Of a DNA stretch of 47,078 nt, positions 44,347-47,078 are shown one piece after another; position 1 is the stretch's first letter; every line of letters starts with the position of its first letter. The translations under genes and the position numbers were made by a program. Source of the DNA: Perkinsus chesapeaki ATCC PRA-425 (taxonomy: Eukaryota; Protista; Perkinsozoa); assembly GCA_013115145.1 (NCBI GenBank), contig JAAPAO010000249.1, forward strand, positions 1 to 47,078, given 5' to 3'. The notes under the pieces are model-generated. The model was not told the origin of the DNA, ran no database searches, and saw only the letters and a program-made list of their open reading frames with translations.

Positions 44347-45474
44347 TACTATTCAAATAACGAATTATTATCATCATAAACATTGATGATATCCCAATCA
44401 CCATTAACAACAATAAGAAGCTTGATGAAGATATAATGATAATAACATTATATATATCAACAACAAGATGAATAATGATTAGAGGGGGATCATCGTAGTA
44501 ATAATAATAATATCATCATAATCATACTTGATCAATACTCGATAGTATTATTATTATTCATTATATTAACATTAAATATCTCATCATCCAACATTAAATG
44601 TCCAATAAGATGTGTCATATCGGTTGTATAAAGTTCAAATGGTGGTGATATTATTATTCCCTCATTGATTACAATAGTACGAGTATTTATACCAAAGTAT
44701 ACAATATAGATATCTTTAATATCATTCTATCCTCCTGCTTTATTATCATCATTTACTATTATTATTACATTGCATTGTAATAATACACGTGGTCTAAGTA
44801 TTATATTAACTACTGTATATCAATCATAAATATATGAGTTGCCTCTGTTGTCGGAGGTATGACAGGTATAGACCTTATCGATGTTATATAATCCTTATTC
44901 ATACAAGTATTATAAATTATAAATTTAATATCTATCATAGGCATAGGTGTTTCATCAATATCAACATTCAATATATTAATATCATGTATACCACATTTAT
45001 TTATTATTCATTGTAGTAGTAGTAGTCTGATGATGATGCTGCTGCTGTTGATGTTGATGTTGTTTCATTCAAACACCGCCAGTTTAGTTGGTCTATGTTG
45101 TAATATCTCTTTTACAACAACTCATTTGTCCAGTTCTTCCTCGACTTAACATCAACAGTACCAATAGTATCTTGTATTCTGATAATATATTAATATACCA
45201 ATAGTAGGCCATACATCATTATAATTAATAATACAAAAACACTAACTAATGGCCTGCTGCTGCTGCTGGTGTTATTGTGAACCAAACATCATTATTATAT
45301 ATTATTCTTTAGAAGCTACTACTATACTGTTCCCCTTTATAATACTGCTCGTAGGCTGCAACATCATCAACATCATTATCATCATCATTATCACTTATAG
45401 TTATAATTGGTAATAATAGCTACTTCTATTATTAATAATAATACAATAAGTTATACAATAAGTTGCCATGAATA

Positions 45475-46591
45475 TTAATGATAGAATTCACTATTATCAC
45501 TACTACTACTTGCATAATCATCCATAGCTATATCCTCTCTACTTGTTTGGGACCATACACTACTTTGTTGATCATAATCACTACTACTGTGATGATTTAA
45601 TATACGTCTGTTTCTTATAGTGCCACTCCTTTTTATACCACTTCCATTATTAATAATACTTCTATCAGACTCATCAGCATCACTAGATCCATAATACCCC
45701 CCACCACCAGCAGCATTATTAACCCCTATATGGCCACTCTGCTGCTGATGCTGCCCTCCCCTCGGTGATGATGATGATAATAAATCTTGCCTACTACTAC
45801 CTCTACTACTTAATAACATCATATCATCATCTTCACCTTCTGAACCCGTTGTATGTCCATGAACATACCGTGATGTTGCCTTAACGGCAAATAATAATAA
45901 TCCTATATAATAATAACCCTATATAATAATAGAAATATTTATTATTACTTTTATGTTTATTATCATTAAAAAAATAATGAAATTGCCATAAATGTGAACC
46001 AGAATCATCATCAGCTGCAGTAAGCAGACTTAAATCATCAACCTATAATAATATATATATTAATATATTTAATATATTATTACTAGTTCATATACTTCAG
46101 TATCAATAAAACTAATACAGCTTTGAACTGCACCCCATAATTCGGCAACTAAGCCTGGTTGTGCTAAATCTAATGATGTACCAAAATATTGATTAACTTC
46201 ACCTATTAATAATATTATATATTAAATCCCCTATAGTATTATTAATATTACTAACAACCTCCCCTGGATCCTCTTTTTTAACAAAATGTTCTGGGCTTAA
46301 TGTATTAAATTGATAATCAGGAAATGTTTCATTTAATGCTCCTATTAATATAACCAATAATTGTCTTGAATGTAACGCAGATAATGGTCCTAATGGTGAT
46401 GATTTTAATAAATGTGGAGATGTAATTATCTCATTATTTAAATTCTTTTCAATAGATAATGGTATATCTTTATTATTTATTAATAATGTATTAAATAATT
46501 CTAATCTACAATCTAATCGTAGATCAGCTAAATCAAGTGAGTTTATTCTTCCAGATATTTGCCGTAACTTCTGATTATCGATCCACTGCAT
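45475..46591 (-). CDS. MAF1: Repressor of RNA polymerase III transcription MAF1, with a Ser/Gly/Asp-rich tail
   Basis: GPLSALHSRQLLVILIGALNETFPDYQF (Maf1 B-box region), VVSNINNTI, LWGAVQSCI..EVY and LWQFHYFF (C-box). Confidence 0.88.
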
Positions 46592-47078
46592 ATTGATATT
46601 GATAACAACAACTACTGAATAATAACACCATCATCATACCAGACAAGATAGCAACAACAAAGATCTTATCATTCCATCAACGACGACGCTGTTAGATGAC
46701 ATGTGTAGGATAACTCAAGTCTCCGTGGGTAACCGTCACTAGGACCGGTAATTATTCTTATTATATACATCGTCATGCTTACTCTACTAAATCGAGCATA
46801 TCTTACGGTTTCTATGATACGCGAAGCGACGCATAAATAGGCGAAGCGACGCGTATGCTAACACTCCGCGGGGGCCAGCATACAATATACACTGACAGTG
46901 TAGTGTAAAGCAGGAGTGAATTAGGTCATCAAATATAGATGCAGCGGGAATCACATAAGCGGCAAAGTAAACGCAAGAAATGCCGACGGTACTTTCTTGA
47001 GGTTTCCGAGGAACTCGCGCCGCTTAGTCTTTCCTTCAATTACCGCTACGTGGCCGGATTCGATGGACACGATTCGGT

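Noticed and set aside
44520-45400. Possible small minus-strand gene between MAF1 and the copine
   Set aside because: Some open exon-like stretches exist, but I could not build a consistent spliced model.
45475-46591. Functional link between MAF1 and the dispersed B-box fragments
   Set aside because: MAF1 is a universal trans-acting gene, so its presence in the same window is most simply coincidence.

Overview
AT-rich eukaryotic genomic DNA with compact genes split by many short (mostly ~35-60 nt) GT-AG introns, so the ORF track shows only exon fragments. Gene content and intron style fit an alveolate, most likely a Perkinsus species (inference). Hand-spliced genes in order: DHAR-type GST; coiled-coil hypothetical; RsmB/NOP2/Sun m5C methyltransferase; MCM4; phosphohistidine phosphatase (PHPT1/Janus); two tandem paralogous secreted proteins; an intronless orphan ORF; FHA protein; hypothetical; DUF2431/BMT5-like methyltransferase fused to C2H2 fingers; multi-KH protein; small ApiAP2 protein with a 450-bp MITE in an intron; hypothetical; dimethylglycine/sarcosine dehydrogenase; RING-H2 protein; LRR protein; prohibitin 1; CASP golgin; hypothetical; copine-RING fusion; MAF1. 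Top leads: (1) at least 11 dispersed tRNA 3'-end/Pol III B-box fragments, five filling MCM4 introns; (2) an N-myristoyl-C2-C2-vWA-RING protein; (3) a Sun-family enzyme whose catalytic TC motif reads TN; (4) fast-diverging tandem secreted paralogs differing by an intron. Exon boundaries were assembled by eye and some gene ends are approximate.
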